Shown: positions 56,644-64,000 of the stretch, piece after piece | How positions within the stretch are numbered: position 1 is the first letter of the stretch | Layout of the letters: each line of letters opens with the position of its first letter | From: Nitrososphaerales archaeon | Lineage (GTDB): Archaea > Thermoproteota > Nitrososphaeria > Nitrososphaerales > Gagatemarchaeaceae | NCBI GenBank assembly: GCA_050011055.1 | Contig: JBEKJV010000002.1 | Coordinates: 3,736-67,735, forward strand | Length of the DNA stretch: 64,000 nt | Direction: 5' to 3' | The notes under the pieces: model-generated | Seen by the model: only the letters and a program-made list of their open reading frames with translations | Databases searched by the model: none | Told to the model about the DNA's origin: nothing | Translations under genes and position numbers: made by a program

Positions 56644-56827
56644 GATAACCCGCTTTGATGCGTCTAGGCTATCTTCACTGTAGTCTTAACAGCCTTCTTT
56701 GACAGCAGCCCAGGTCTTCGGGCGAGTCGGCTACTGATGTAAAGGTGTATCGGACGGAAGTGGGTCTCTCGATCTAACCTAGACACCGCGTTGCTCGTTC
56801 GCCTGGGGGTTCAGCGACTTTCCCTTG

Positions 56828-57565
56828 CTATCCCGCGCCGAAGTAGATACTTGTTATCCCACTGAGTATCGCCAGGGCGCCCAGGACGAAGGTGAGTAGT
56901 GCAATCCGCTTGCTCCCGGCAGCCTTGAGGAGCGTTCTGACTGAGACAAGGCCTACCAACGCCGCGACTAGGATCATTAGCAGGACTACAGGGAAAGTCA
57001 GCGTGTCGACCACCGAGCCAATGCTGGCATTAGATAGCAGCATCGTGACCCCTGTGGCTCCAATCGATGCCGGTATCAGGGCCAGAAACGACAGCCTGAA
57101 TGACTCTTCGGGTTTGACACCCATAAGGAGCATAGCAGAGACTGTCATCCCCGACCTGCTCACACCTGGGAAAGCGGCTATTCCCTGTACTATGCCGATT
57201 ATCACTATGTCCCGATTCCTCAGGTCGGCGAGGCCCTTCGTCGGTGTTCGCCTCCCACGCGCCAGCGTTATGAGAATCCCGTCACCGACAAGCACGCACC
57301 CAAGGATAATCATCGGAACTCCGAGGGCCGGTCCTTTCGCCCAATCCGAGACGACCTTGTAGATCGCTATTCCGAGCACCGCCGTAATCGCCGTGGCGAT
57401 CAGTAGGAACTTCAGAAGCATGCGTTCCTCCTGATCTCCTCGTCCGACCAGAGCTTTGAGGACCCCGAGGACCTGCCTTCTGAAATAGACGATCGCGGCG
57501 ATGAAGGTCCCGCCTTCGAGGAAGAGCCCAAATGCGTAACTCTGTCCGAGTTGCAGACTCGGCAA
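56828..57565 (-). CDS. uppP: Undecaprenyl-diphosphate phosphatase (UppP/BacA); the annotated start truncates the conserved N-terminus
   Basis: FPGVSRSGMTVSAMLLMG is the UppP signature. The in-frame sequence upstream (57566-57676) encodes ...NWLLGVLFGAIQGVSEWLPISSKTQIIIASHYF, the family's first conserved motif, but holds no ATG/GTG/TTG. Confidence 0.8.
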   Translation of the reverse strand: MPSLQLGQSYAFGLFLEGGTFIAAIVYFRRQVLGVLKALVGRGDQEERMLLKFLLIATAITAVLGIAIYKVVSDWAKGPALGVPMIILGCVLVGDGILITLARGRRTPTKGLADLRNRDIVIIGIVQGIAAFPGVSRSGMTVSAMLLMGVKPEESFRLSFLALIPASIGATGVTMLLSNASIGSVVDTLTFPVVLLMILVAALVGLVSVRTLLKAAGSKRIALLTFVLGALAILSGITSIYFGAG

Positions 57566-57814
57566 GAAGTAGTGTGACGCTATGATAATCTGCGTCTTGC
57601 TGCTGATTGGGAGCCATTCGGAGACTCCTTGAATCGCTCCGAAGAGTACTCCCAGAAGCCAGTTGTTCGCTAAACCCTACCCCCAGAAGTTCGGACGTTG
57701 CCGGTTCCGATTATTTAAGAAGTGTTTCAGAGGCGGGCATACGAGGAAGATCTGGCGTAATCTACCCGCTTGTCAAGTTTAAAGAGACATTGACTCCATC
57801 TGGGTGAGATTCAA

Positions 57815-58153
57815 GTGCGCAACGAAACCCTGACCAACATATTTTGCGGAATCTTCCTCATATGGTTCGGTGTAGTTATGGCCTTCCTCAACGGCAATCC
57901 AATTACCAGCGTCAACCACCCGATCTTCGCTCTAGGCACTGGAATCATATTGATCATGCTGAATCTCATGCGTTCCCTCCTGCGGCTAAGACTAAGCGTA
58001 TTGACGATCGGCCTTGGCGCTCTATTGACCACCGTCTATGTCCTTGTTATCTTCCTGAAGCTCCAACTGCCGTTCCTGCCTGCTCTGCTCTTGATAGCCG
58101 GTATTGCCCTAGTCATAGGCGCCGTTAGAACAAGGAACTATCAGGCATTCTAG
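57815..58153 (+). CDS. Small hypothetical membrane protein (4 TM)
   Basis: Four hydrophobic helices. TATA-like TTTAAAGA (57778-57785) lies about 34 nt upstream of GTG 57815. Confidence 0.5.
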   Translation: MRNETLTNIFCGIFLIWFGVVMAFLNGNPITSVNHPIFALGTGIILIMLNLMRSLLRLRLSVLTIGLGALLTTVYVLVIFLKLQLPFLPALLLIAGIALVIGAVRTRNYQAF

Positions 58154-58173
58154 AGCGCGTGGGCCTGCGACGA

Positions 58174-58647
58174 TCAGCTCTGAACCATGTCATTCCAGCC
58201 CTTTGCCACTTGCCATGCCTGCCTAACGAACCCGCTTTGGGGGGCTCTTTCTGGTATCGGTTGCAACCTTAGCTGGTAGACTGCCACGGTCTTCCGCCTC
58301 CTCTGGTCCCAGATCAGGACGTCCTTCTCCACGAATCCCATATCGAGGAGCTTTCTCAGCAGCTTCGTGTAGAAATTATGGTAGCTATACTTCACACCTA
58401 GCCTGCCAGTTTGGAGCTCCTTCGCGAAGAACCTCATTTCCCGTTTGGTCATGGATAGAGTGCTCGCCTCTTTCATTTTCGCGATGACAAGCTTCGCGGC
58501 TTTGAGAGTCTCCTTCCTCTCGCCGAAGAGCAGGGCCAGGGAGTCGCCACTGCTCAGATTCTTTTCGTTCCAATACAGCTTGACGCTCTTTGGAGGCATC
58601 CGAATTTGCATTTCTCTAGAGTATGAGTTGAGTGGCAGACGCAACAA
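58174..58647 (-). CDS. Hypothetical protein, possibly a winged-helix DNA-binding protein
   Basis: The C-terminal half YHNFYTKLLRKLLDMGFVEKDVLIWDQRRRKTVAVYQL looks like a recognition helix plus wing. The likely start is ATG 58611. It is divergent from the surface-protein gene. Confidence 0.4.
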   Translation of the reverse strand: MLRLPLNSYSREMQIRMPPKSVKLYWNEKNLSSGDSLALLFGERKETLKAAKLVIAKMKEASTLSMTKREMRFFAKELQTGRLGVKYSYHNFYTKLLRKLLDMGFVEKDVLIWDQRRRKTVAVYQLRLQPIPERAPQSGFVRQAWQVAKGWNDMVQS

Positions 58648-58820
58648 TTGTTAAGCATGCGCTCAATTCCATGCTTCGAAGCAGCTCCGGCTTGCCAGCC
58701 AATTCGCACAACAGCCTCTGGTTGGGTAGCTATTCTAACCGCCACACTCCTATTCCACACTTCCCTCGACTGGGTGCTGGCTCGGCTCGAATCGATAGGT
58801 GAATCTGCGGCTCGTTCAAT

Positions 58821-58828
58821 TTTATATA
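58821..58828 (+). promoter_or_regulatory. TATA box (TTTATATA) of the surface-protein gene
   Basis: The box ends on the A of ATG 58828. In-frame TTG 58858 lies about 30 nt downstream and begins a clean signal peptide (SSRLFVVAVLAMLGSYPLVLPL). Confidence 0.45.
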
Positions 58829-61086
58829 TGCCAAATCGAGATCTACGACGTTCACGATTGAGCAGTAGACTCTTTGTTGTAGCGGTCCTGGCCATGCTCG
58901 GAAGCTACCCTCTTGTCCTTCCGTTGACTGCTGTCGGGGCGACGACAGCCGGCCTTCCGGGGGCCACAGTGAGCGCGGAAGGCCCCCGCAGCGGGTCTCA
59001 CCTCACGAGTGCGGCAGGGCTCTACGGCATAGGCGACCTCTACGCGGCGGGGAGCTACAACGTAAGCGCGAGCGCCGACGGCTTCCTCAAGGGGTACTAC
59101 CCGTCGCTGGTCGCAGTCAGCCTTGGGCACAATATCACTGGCATAGATCTCAGCCTAGCCAGATCATCGATAGTGACCGGTCGCGTGACCGGCCCAGGCG
59201 GAATCTCGGTTGCAGGGGCTACGGTCGCTCTGTACAAGAACGGAAGCACGAATGAAGTTGGCACTGACACTACGTCTTCCGACGGCATCTACGCCATAGA
59301 GACGAACGTGGCAGCTGGAGTGTACCAGGTTCAGGTGTCGGTCACCACTCCGGAAAGCATCATACTGGGTCTCAACTGCCTGAACCTTCTCGGAATATGC
59401 GCTGAAGAACCCAACTACGTCCCTGGCTTCATGAGCGCGACTGTTTACGGAGTCCACGTGGGAGCCCAAGCTGAGGTGACTCAGGACGAGCAGCTATCGG
59501 CGTCGGCCGCGATATCCGGAAGGGTAACCTTCAACGGAGTCGGGGTCGCAGGTGTCGAAGTCTCGGTCAACGGCAGCTGCTACGCCTGCTACTCCATCAC
59601 GAACTCGACCGGGGGCTACGCGATAGCAGACAACCTTCCGTCGGGCACCTACAACGTGACTCTCAGCCAGTCCCTGTTCGGTTCCCTCTCTGCCCATGTT
59701 ATTGCGGCAGGTTCTGCCGTAGTGAAGGCGACGACCGGCAATGTCGTATTGCACGACTTCGTGGTCTCAGCTTCTGCGGTGGTTTCCGGGTACGTGAAGG
59801 ACAGCCACGGGAACGCAATCGCGGGCGCCACTGTTGAAATCGGCAAGGAAAGCTGCATCTTCAGTTATTGCTACATGAGTTGCTCCGGTTCTTCCTTCCT
59901 GCCGTGCGCCACGAACTCGACCGACGCCACCGGCCACTACGTCCTCGAATCTGGGATTGCTTCAGGATCTTACAACATCACGGCATCGAAGGGAAGCAGT
60001 GAGGCGGCTCTCTCGTCGCTTCTGGCCGTGACTGCAGGCACGTCCACCGTTGCGCCTACGCTCACACTCACGCTCAGCGCTGTCGTCACTCCCGCCCACA
60101 TCACTGGCGTCGTGAAGGACAGCAATGGGAACCCACTCAAGTATGTGTACGTGAATGGAGAAGGGGTTTCAAGTCACATCAGTAACGACACGGAGACCAA
60201 CGCGCAGGGGCAGTTCAACCTGGAGATACCGCTTACGTCAACTGACTCGGTTAATATCACCGCTTCATACACAGGCTACCTAGAAGCGTTCCACGTCGTT
60301 TCAAACGTGGCGCCAGGCGCGACCGTAAGCGCCGGTACTTTAGTCCTGACCGCGATTCAGCCAGGTGGAATCTCAGGGAGCGTCCAGGGACAAATGATCG
60401 CTTCCCTGATCCAGCCCCAACGGATGCAGAAGTGGCAAGTAGCGGGAGGGGCGTTGGTGGTGACGAAGACTGATTCCGAGTTTGCGCTGGGACTCCTAGC
60501 CGGGCTAGTGGTCAGCGGGAACACTATATCGGCATACGTGCAAGGGCCTGGAGGCACGAGCGGCACTTTCACCATAGTCATCCCTGTTTCTCTGATAAGC
60601 GCGAGCTCCTGGGCCGCCTTCGTAGACGGCTACTCTGTACAGCCAGTGACGAACGTGAACTCGACCTACACCACGATAACTGTCACCTACTCCCATAGCT
60701 CTCACACACTGCTGTTCGAGCCCGCTTCACTCGTCACGACCACGACCACCAGTACGACGCCCAGCACGACCCACACGAGCACAAGCACTACCAGCTCGAC
60801 CACAACCTCTACCACTTCTTCGAGCTCAGTACAGAGCACCAGTTCCACGTCGTCCACCTCGACTTCGACGACTCCGAGCAGTACGAGCACGACCCACACG
60901 AGCACCAGCACGCCCAGCACTCAAACGACGTCATCGACGAGCTCTTCCTCCAGTGGAGGAGGGATACCAGAATTCCCGTACCAGTTCGGAGCAGCCATGG
61001 TCCTGACCTTGCTCGTCGTTGCGACTTTCCTGCTGGTGAGGAAGCGTTCGCTCCCAACTGTCGGCGCCCAGCCAGCGCTCAGATGA
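58828..61086 (+). CDS. Large secreted surface protein: repeated carboxypeptidase-regulatory-like (CarboxypepD_reg/Big-like) beta-sandwich domains, Thr/Ser-rich stalk, and a PEF-type C-terminal archaeosortase sorting signal
   Basis: Signal peptide; at least 4 repeats of the 'G+V.d..G.p..gA.V....' type (GRVTGPGGISVAGATVALY, GRVTFNGVGVAGVEVSV, GYVKDSHGNAIAGATVEI, GVVKDSNGNPLKYVYV); about 75 aa of T/S low complexity; and the C-terminus GGGIPEFPYQFGAAMVLTLLVVATFLLVRKRS (PEF + TM + basic tail). The ORF is open from 58648; the start is 58828 or 58858. Confidence 0.8.
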   Translation: MPNRDLRRSRLSSRLFVVAVLAMLGSYPLVLPLTAVGATTAGLPGATVSAEGPRSGSHLTSAAGLYGIGDLYAAGSYNVSASADGFLKGYYPSLVAVSLGHNITGIDLSLARSSIVTGRVTGPGGISVAGATVALYKNGSTNEVGTDTTSSDGIYAIETNVAAGVYQVQVSVTTPESIILGLNCLNLLGICAEEPNYVPGFMSATVYGVHVGAQAEVTQDEQLSASAAISGRVTFNGVGVAGVEVSVNGSCYACYSITNSTGGYAIADNLPSGTYNVTLSQSLFGSLSAHVIAAGSAVVKATTGNVVLHDFVVSASAVVSGYVKDSHGNAIAGATVEIGKESCIFSYCYMSCSGSSFLPCATNSTDATGHYVLESGIASGSYNITASKGSSEAALSSLLAVTAGTSTVAPTLTLTLSAVVTPAHITGVVKDSNGNPLKYVYVNGEGVSSHISNDTETNAQGQFNLEIPLTSTDSVNITASYTGYLEAFHVVSNVAPGATVSAGTLVLTAIQPGGISGSVQGQMIASLIQPQRMQKWQVAGGALVVTKTDSEFALGLLAGLVVSGNTISAYVQGPGGTSGTFTIVIPVSLISASSWAAFVDGYSVQPVTNVNSTYTTITVTYSHSSHTLLFEPASLVTTTTTSTTPSTTHTSTSTTSSTTTSTTSSSSVQSTSSTSSTSTSTTPSSTSTTHTSTSTPSTQTTSSTSSSSSGGGIPEFPYQFGAAMVLTLLVVATFLLVRKRSLPTVGAQPALR
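60733..60960 (+). repeat. Low-complexity Thr/Ser-coding tract with an exact 20-nt repeat
   Basis: AGCACGACCCACACGAGCAC occurs at 60763-60782 and again at 60886-60905. ACN/AGC codons dominate. The tract generates spurious antisense ORFs (60702-60920, 60809-61057). Confidence 0.8.
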
Positions 61087-61566
61087 GCACCCTCGGAAGG
61101 TCTCTAGCGCCGGGATCTAATCGGCTCATTGGGTACAGAATCGACGCGGCTCCACATTCAATGAACTCGCTGGACTTGGGCGCAACCCAAAGTGCCTAGT
61201 TGGAGATTCTGTCGGAGCCGCAGCTGGGACCGGTCTGCGTGTCGCACCCAAACTCCTCATCCCATTGCGACCTGAATAATCCCGTCAGAGCTAGAATCGA
61301 GCCTTTTCCGCTCCCGGACTTTGTTCCCCTTGGGGGTCCAAACCTCTGGGCATCACCCAATTTGTATAGTGTGCCCTGCAGGGACATAGAAGGGCCTACT
61401 GGACCAAAGGATCAGGCTTCCCCAGGAAGGCGCTTTCGAAACAGGGTTCCGTCCAAATCCTTCCGAACACTTCGAGAAATGCGAATGAATCAGCAGAGAC
61501 CCTTCTCGCTCCACCTCAGACAGCCGAAGAGGTCAGTGGGACCGTGGGCAAATCACGGTCGAGGAA

Positions 61567-62883
61567 GTGATTCGACGCTTCGAAGTCTGGAATCATCGCA
61601 ACCTGAGAATCTATCTGGGGTATGGGGATGAAGTCTTTTGGAAGCTCGCAGCGAAGCGAGGCAATCCGATTTACTCATGGATGCTGCGCGTGAAGCTTGA
61701 AGAGATCGCGGAGCTCCTAACTCCGGAGATTCGGGTCGATGAGCTGCACACAAACGCTGTATTCTTCACGGGGACGTATCCGCATCGTTCGAAGCTGAAT
61801 CCGGACGCGAAGAGTGCTTCTCAGTCGTGGAGGACCGTCAGACTTCGATGGAACAGGAAACTTCGCATGGTGGAGCCCAGAGTAGTTGACCCGTGGAACC
61901 TTTTCCTTCAAAACATCAGGAAAGGCCACGACATTCTATTCCTGAAATCGTGGGAGTCTCACGAAGACGGTTATCCTCACTTCCATGCGGAGGTAATCTT
62001 CAGGGATTGCGACTTCAGGACTCAGCTCCGATGGGACCGGAATGAAAGGAAGATGGTATCTCGCGTGCATGGGGCTGCGAAATGGAAGACGCATTGGAAG
62101 GGAAGATTAGACGTTAGGGGCTGCGAGACCACGACGGGCGCGGTTTGGTACATCACTAAGGAAATCCTGAAGTACGAAACCGACACCGTGAGCGTGAAGG
62201 ACACGAAGAGCCGTCAAACTCTCGCGTTGATGTGGGCAGCTCGAAGACGGTCCTTCTCGATGTCCCAAGAGCTCACTCGGAAGATTGCAGCGAAACGGAA
62301 AGAGAGACGCGAGCTCCACGAAAAGGAGACAGAGGACGCGAAGCGTCCCCTTGTTGGTGTCTCCACGACTAAGTCTAACTCGAACTGCTCGATGCATGTT
62401 CTTGGGCTCCCCATCAAGGATTTCGACCGTAAGAAGCTCGTTTTTCTCGGTGTAGGGTTCGAATCCGAGACCGTGAAGTGGGATATCGAAGGGACGCCTA
62501 AAGGAGCGTGGAGTGGGAAGGCGATTGGACCACCGGAGGGTCTGAGGTTGCCTCACCGGAAACCCCTTCCGACGTCCGAGCACCAGGGAGTCCTTCTCTG
62601 TCGCGGCTCCGAGATAACGGACCCGAACAAACTAGAGAGATACATCGACGGTCCTGTTTACGATGAGCTCACGAGGAAACAGAGGGGAAGGATGAAGGAG
62701 ATGGTGCCTGGTTGGACGCAAGGCACCGAAGACGGGGTTGTGTGGACCTGGAGGCCGCGAAACAAAATGGATGAATTGTCCACAACCATTCGCGCAGGTC
62801 GCGAGGGCGAGGCGCCCGCGCGAAGCGTGAGCTCCGGCGCGGGAGTGGATGCGCCTTCTGCGACCGTGGAGAGGGGAGATTGA
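61567..62883 (+). CDS. rep: Rolling-circle replication initiator (HUH endonuclease, pC194/pUB110 Rep_1-like motif set)
   Basis: Motif I AVFFTGTYP (aa 64-71), motif II GYPHFHAEVIF (H138-F-H140), motif III GAVWYITKEILKYETD (Y195xxK and E199-x3-Y203), in the canonical order and spacing. No helicase P-loop is present. Confidence 0.65.
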   Translation: MIRRFEVWNHRNLRIYLGYGDEVFWKLAAKRGNPIYSWMLRVKLEEIAELLTPEIRVDELHTNAVFFTGTYPHRSKLNPDAKSASQSWRTVRLRWNRKLRMVEPRVVDPWNLFLQNIRKGHDILFLKSWESHEDGYPHFHAEVIFRDCDFRTQLRWDRNERKMVSRVHGAAKWKTHWKGRLDVRGCETTTGAVWYITKEILKYETDTVSVKDTKSRQTLALMWAARRRSFSMSQELTRKIAAKRKERRELHEKETEDAKRPLVGVSTTKSNSNCSMHVLGLPIKDFDRKKLVFLGVGFESETVKWDIEGTPKGAWSGKAIGPPEGLRLPHRKPLPTSEHQGVLLCRGSEITDPNKLERYIDGPVYDELTRKQRGRMKEMVPGWTQGTEDGVVWTWRPRNKMDELSTTIRAGREGEAPARSVSSGAGVDAPSATVERGD

Positions 62884-62917
62884 GGAAGGGGCACCGGCAG
62901 GCCTGGGGGTTGATGTG

Positions 62918-63049
62918 ATGAAGGGGTCAGGACACACGGCCATACAGGATAATGGGCCGACGTCCTGGTATTGGTGCAATGTCTGCCTTCAATCGATTCG
63001 AGGAGGGAAGGCAGGGTACGCCATTCACATGGAGGAAAAGCACGCGTGA
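62918..63049 (+). CDS. C2H2 zinc-finger miniprotein (43 aa)
   Basis: WYWCNVCLQSIRGGKAGYAIHMEEKH = C-x2-C-x13-H-x4-H. It starts 35 nt after rep. This protein type is common in archaeal viruses and plasmids. Confidence 0.5.
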   Translation: MKGSGHTAIQDNGPTSWYWCNVCLQSIRGGKAGYAIHMEEKHA

Positions 63050-63126
63050 CTCCGAAGGTCTTCTATTGGATAGTCGTCCTGGCCTTCCTAGCACTGATGG
63101 TCGGTCTCCTCTACGTGATACCGTGA
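63046..63126 (+). CDS. 26-aa single-TM miniprotein, translationally coupled (GTGA overlap)
   Basis: VTPKVFYWIVVLAFLALMVGLLYVIP. Its GTG overlaps the TGA of the zinc-finger ORF. Confidence 0.35.
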   Translation: MTPKVFYWIVVLAFLALMVGLLYVIP

Positions 63127-63494
63127 CTTAGACCCTTCTGCTCCTGGAGCCTGCCTACTGGATGCACGGAAACAAAGTGCCAGTCTGGTCGTCGGACTTG
63201 ACCGCTGTTACCCTAGTTTGAGTCCTGGATCCTCCCTTCTTACCTTCCGATTCGCGTCGGACGTCGGATTTCCCGTCAAAGGGGTTGGCCAGGGCGGATT
63301 CACCCTCGATACTGTATTACTGACATGCGAAGGGAGAAAAAGGTGAGGCATGCGGAAGGCAATGGTCGCAAAATCGGGTCATTCGCGGGCGATTCTGACC
63401 ACAGACGGCATTAGGGCAGACAGGGGTTGACAGGCAGGCAGGGAAGGGGGAAGGGTAGTCTTAAAACGCGAGAACAGTAGCGACTCCTTCGGGG

Positions 63495-63740
63495 ATGTCA
63501 AAGGATTCTTCGATGAGGTTGTCACCCGACGCTAGAGCTGCAATCTTGACAGCATTGAGGCTCTTCGAAACCATGAACTCTTGCAATGAGAAGCGCCTGA
63601 CCAGGAGACTGGTCCGACGTCTGGAGCGCTTCGAAAGGGTCTCAGAGGCGAATGTGAGGAGTGGTCGAAAGAACGAACTCGCTTCGAAGAGTCGGAGGAT
63701 GGAGGACCACCTGAAGCTGTACTCTCGCACTCATGTTTAA
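63495..63740 (+). CDS. Hypothetical charged helical protein (81 aa)
   Basis: R/E/K-rich helical sequence (RLTRRLVRRLERFERVSEANVRSGRKNELASKSRRMEDHLK). A mirror ORF on the minus strand (63461-63730) is S/L/F/R-rich and looks like its antisense shadow. Confidence 0.35.
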   Translation: MSKDSSMRLSPDARAAILTALRLFETMNSCNEKRLTRRLVRRLERFERVSEANVRSGRKNELASKSRRMEDHLKLYSRTHV

Positions 63741-64000
63741 ATCGAACCGGAAGGACGAACCGTCGACCAGTAAGGCTCTCGGACGTGGTGTCCGAAGGGA
63801 AAACTCCCTGGATAGCACCATAGGACGAATCCCTTCGGGCGCTCCTGGTCTAAGTTAAAATAAGACTAGAGGTCTGACCCTTTCAATCATGGTGCTAACC
63901 AGGAGGTGACTCAGGCTGAAATCGACTGCAAGGACATTTGACGGTAGTGAGATCCAAATCCACACAAGAGGTCGCAGGACGGGGTTATTCCCCTGCGATG

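Larger units (their letters stand above)
61087..64000. mobile_element. Probable integrated rolling-circle plasmid/virus-like element (partial; runs off the window)
   Basis: It contains a HUH Rep gene, a C2H2 zinc-finger miniprotein and a translationally coupled TM miniprotein, with long non-coding stretches on both sides. No housekeeping genes lie here. The boundaries are not defined. Confidence 0.5.

Noticed and set aside
60702-61057. Minus-strand ORFs 60702-60920 and 60809-61057
   Set aside because: They are antisense shadows of the Thr/Ser low-complexity tract of the surface-protein gene, with Val/Leu/Glu-rich repetitive translations.
61200-61631. ORF of 143 aa upstream of and overlapping rep
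   Set aside because: Its composition is Pro/Ser/Arg-rich with no motifs, and it overlaps the rep start. It is treated as non-coding (possible origin or promoter region).
62448-62470. GGGTTCGAATCC T-loop-like string
   Set aside because: It lies inside the rep CDS. The flanking bases (TAGGG / CCGAG) do not form a T-stem, and no D-arm or anticodon arm is present.
63781-63850. tRNA-3'-end-like or att-like structured segment (…ACGAATCCCTTCGGGCGCTCC; CCGAAGGG/CCCTTCGG 8-bp pairing)
   Set aside because: No proper T-arm (5-bp stem around TTCRAAT) or acceptor stem can be drawn. No matching copy was found in the left flank (61087-61566). It cannot be supported as a tRNA fragment or attachment site.
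1-64000. Scan for CRISPR arrays, rRNA and tRNA genes
   Set aside because: Reading the intergenic regions on both strands, I found no regularly spaced direct repeats, no rRNA-like stretches, and no convincing cloverleaf (no TTCRAAT loop with a 5-bp stem plus an acceptor stem). This visual scan is not exhaustive. tRNAscan-SE, Infernal and a CRISPR finder should confirm it.

Overview
Archaeal chromosomal segment, about 55-58% G+C by eye, tightly packed with roughly 65 CDS on both strands. Most are information-processing and central-metabolism genes. These include RNA polymerase subunits K and P, ribosomal proteins S25e and S26e, ATP-dependent DNA ligase, family-B DNA polymerase and TFB. Also present are tRNA-splicing endonuclease, TrmI, Pro-/Thr-/Gly-tRNA synthetases and a DRG GTPase. 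Metabolic genes include the archaeal HMG-CoA synthase/thiolase/DUF35 trio, GTP-PEPCK, pgk-gap, SHMT, agmatinase, dCTP deaminase, an EtfB-EtfA-FixC/X cluster and an NfeD-stomatin pair. Envelope genes include a sugar aminotransferase, a GT2, a GT-C, UppP, a CDP-alcohol phosphatidyltransferase and a large surface protein with a PEF-type C-terminal sorting signal. A/T-rich TATA boxes repeatedly sit about 26-30 nt upstream of start codons that are often TTG or GTG. This implies mostly leaderless first genes, while internal operon genes overlap (ATGA/GTGA) or carry GGAG-like sites. S25e/S26e, the PEF-type sorting signal and an extra TFB-derived gene hint at a TACK/Thaumarchaeota-like or related lineage, but this is inference only. 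I found no rRNA, tRNA or CRISPR array by eye. Accessory or unusual content sits at the two edges and in a few pockets:
- Left edge, 1-2.1 kb: an R-M-like fragment, an SDH-type ClpP-fold protease with a zinc ribbon, an IS remnant and a truncated dehydrogenase.
- Right edge, 61.1-64 kb: a rolling-circle Rep (HUH) gene, a C2H2 zinc-finger miniprotein and a TM miniprotein, which look like an integrated plasmid or virus running off the window.
- 29.3-29.8 kb: a membrane-anchored paralogue made of only the second cyclin/HTH repeat of TFB. This is the most unusual gene here.
- Three gene-integrity anomalies: an in-frame TAG in an MDR oxidoreductase, a homopolymer frameshift in a YbjQ-family gene, and a UppP whose conserved N-terminus has no canonical start codon.

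All functional calls come from motif-level reading of the supplied translations. No database search was run.
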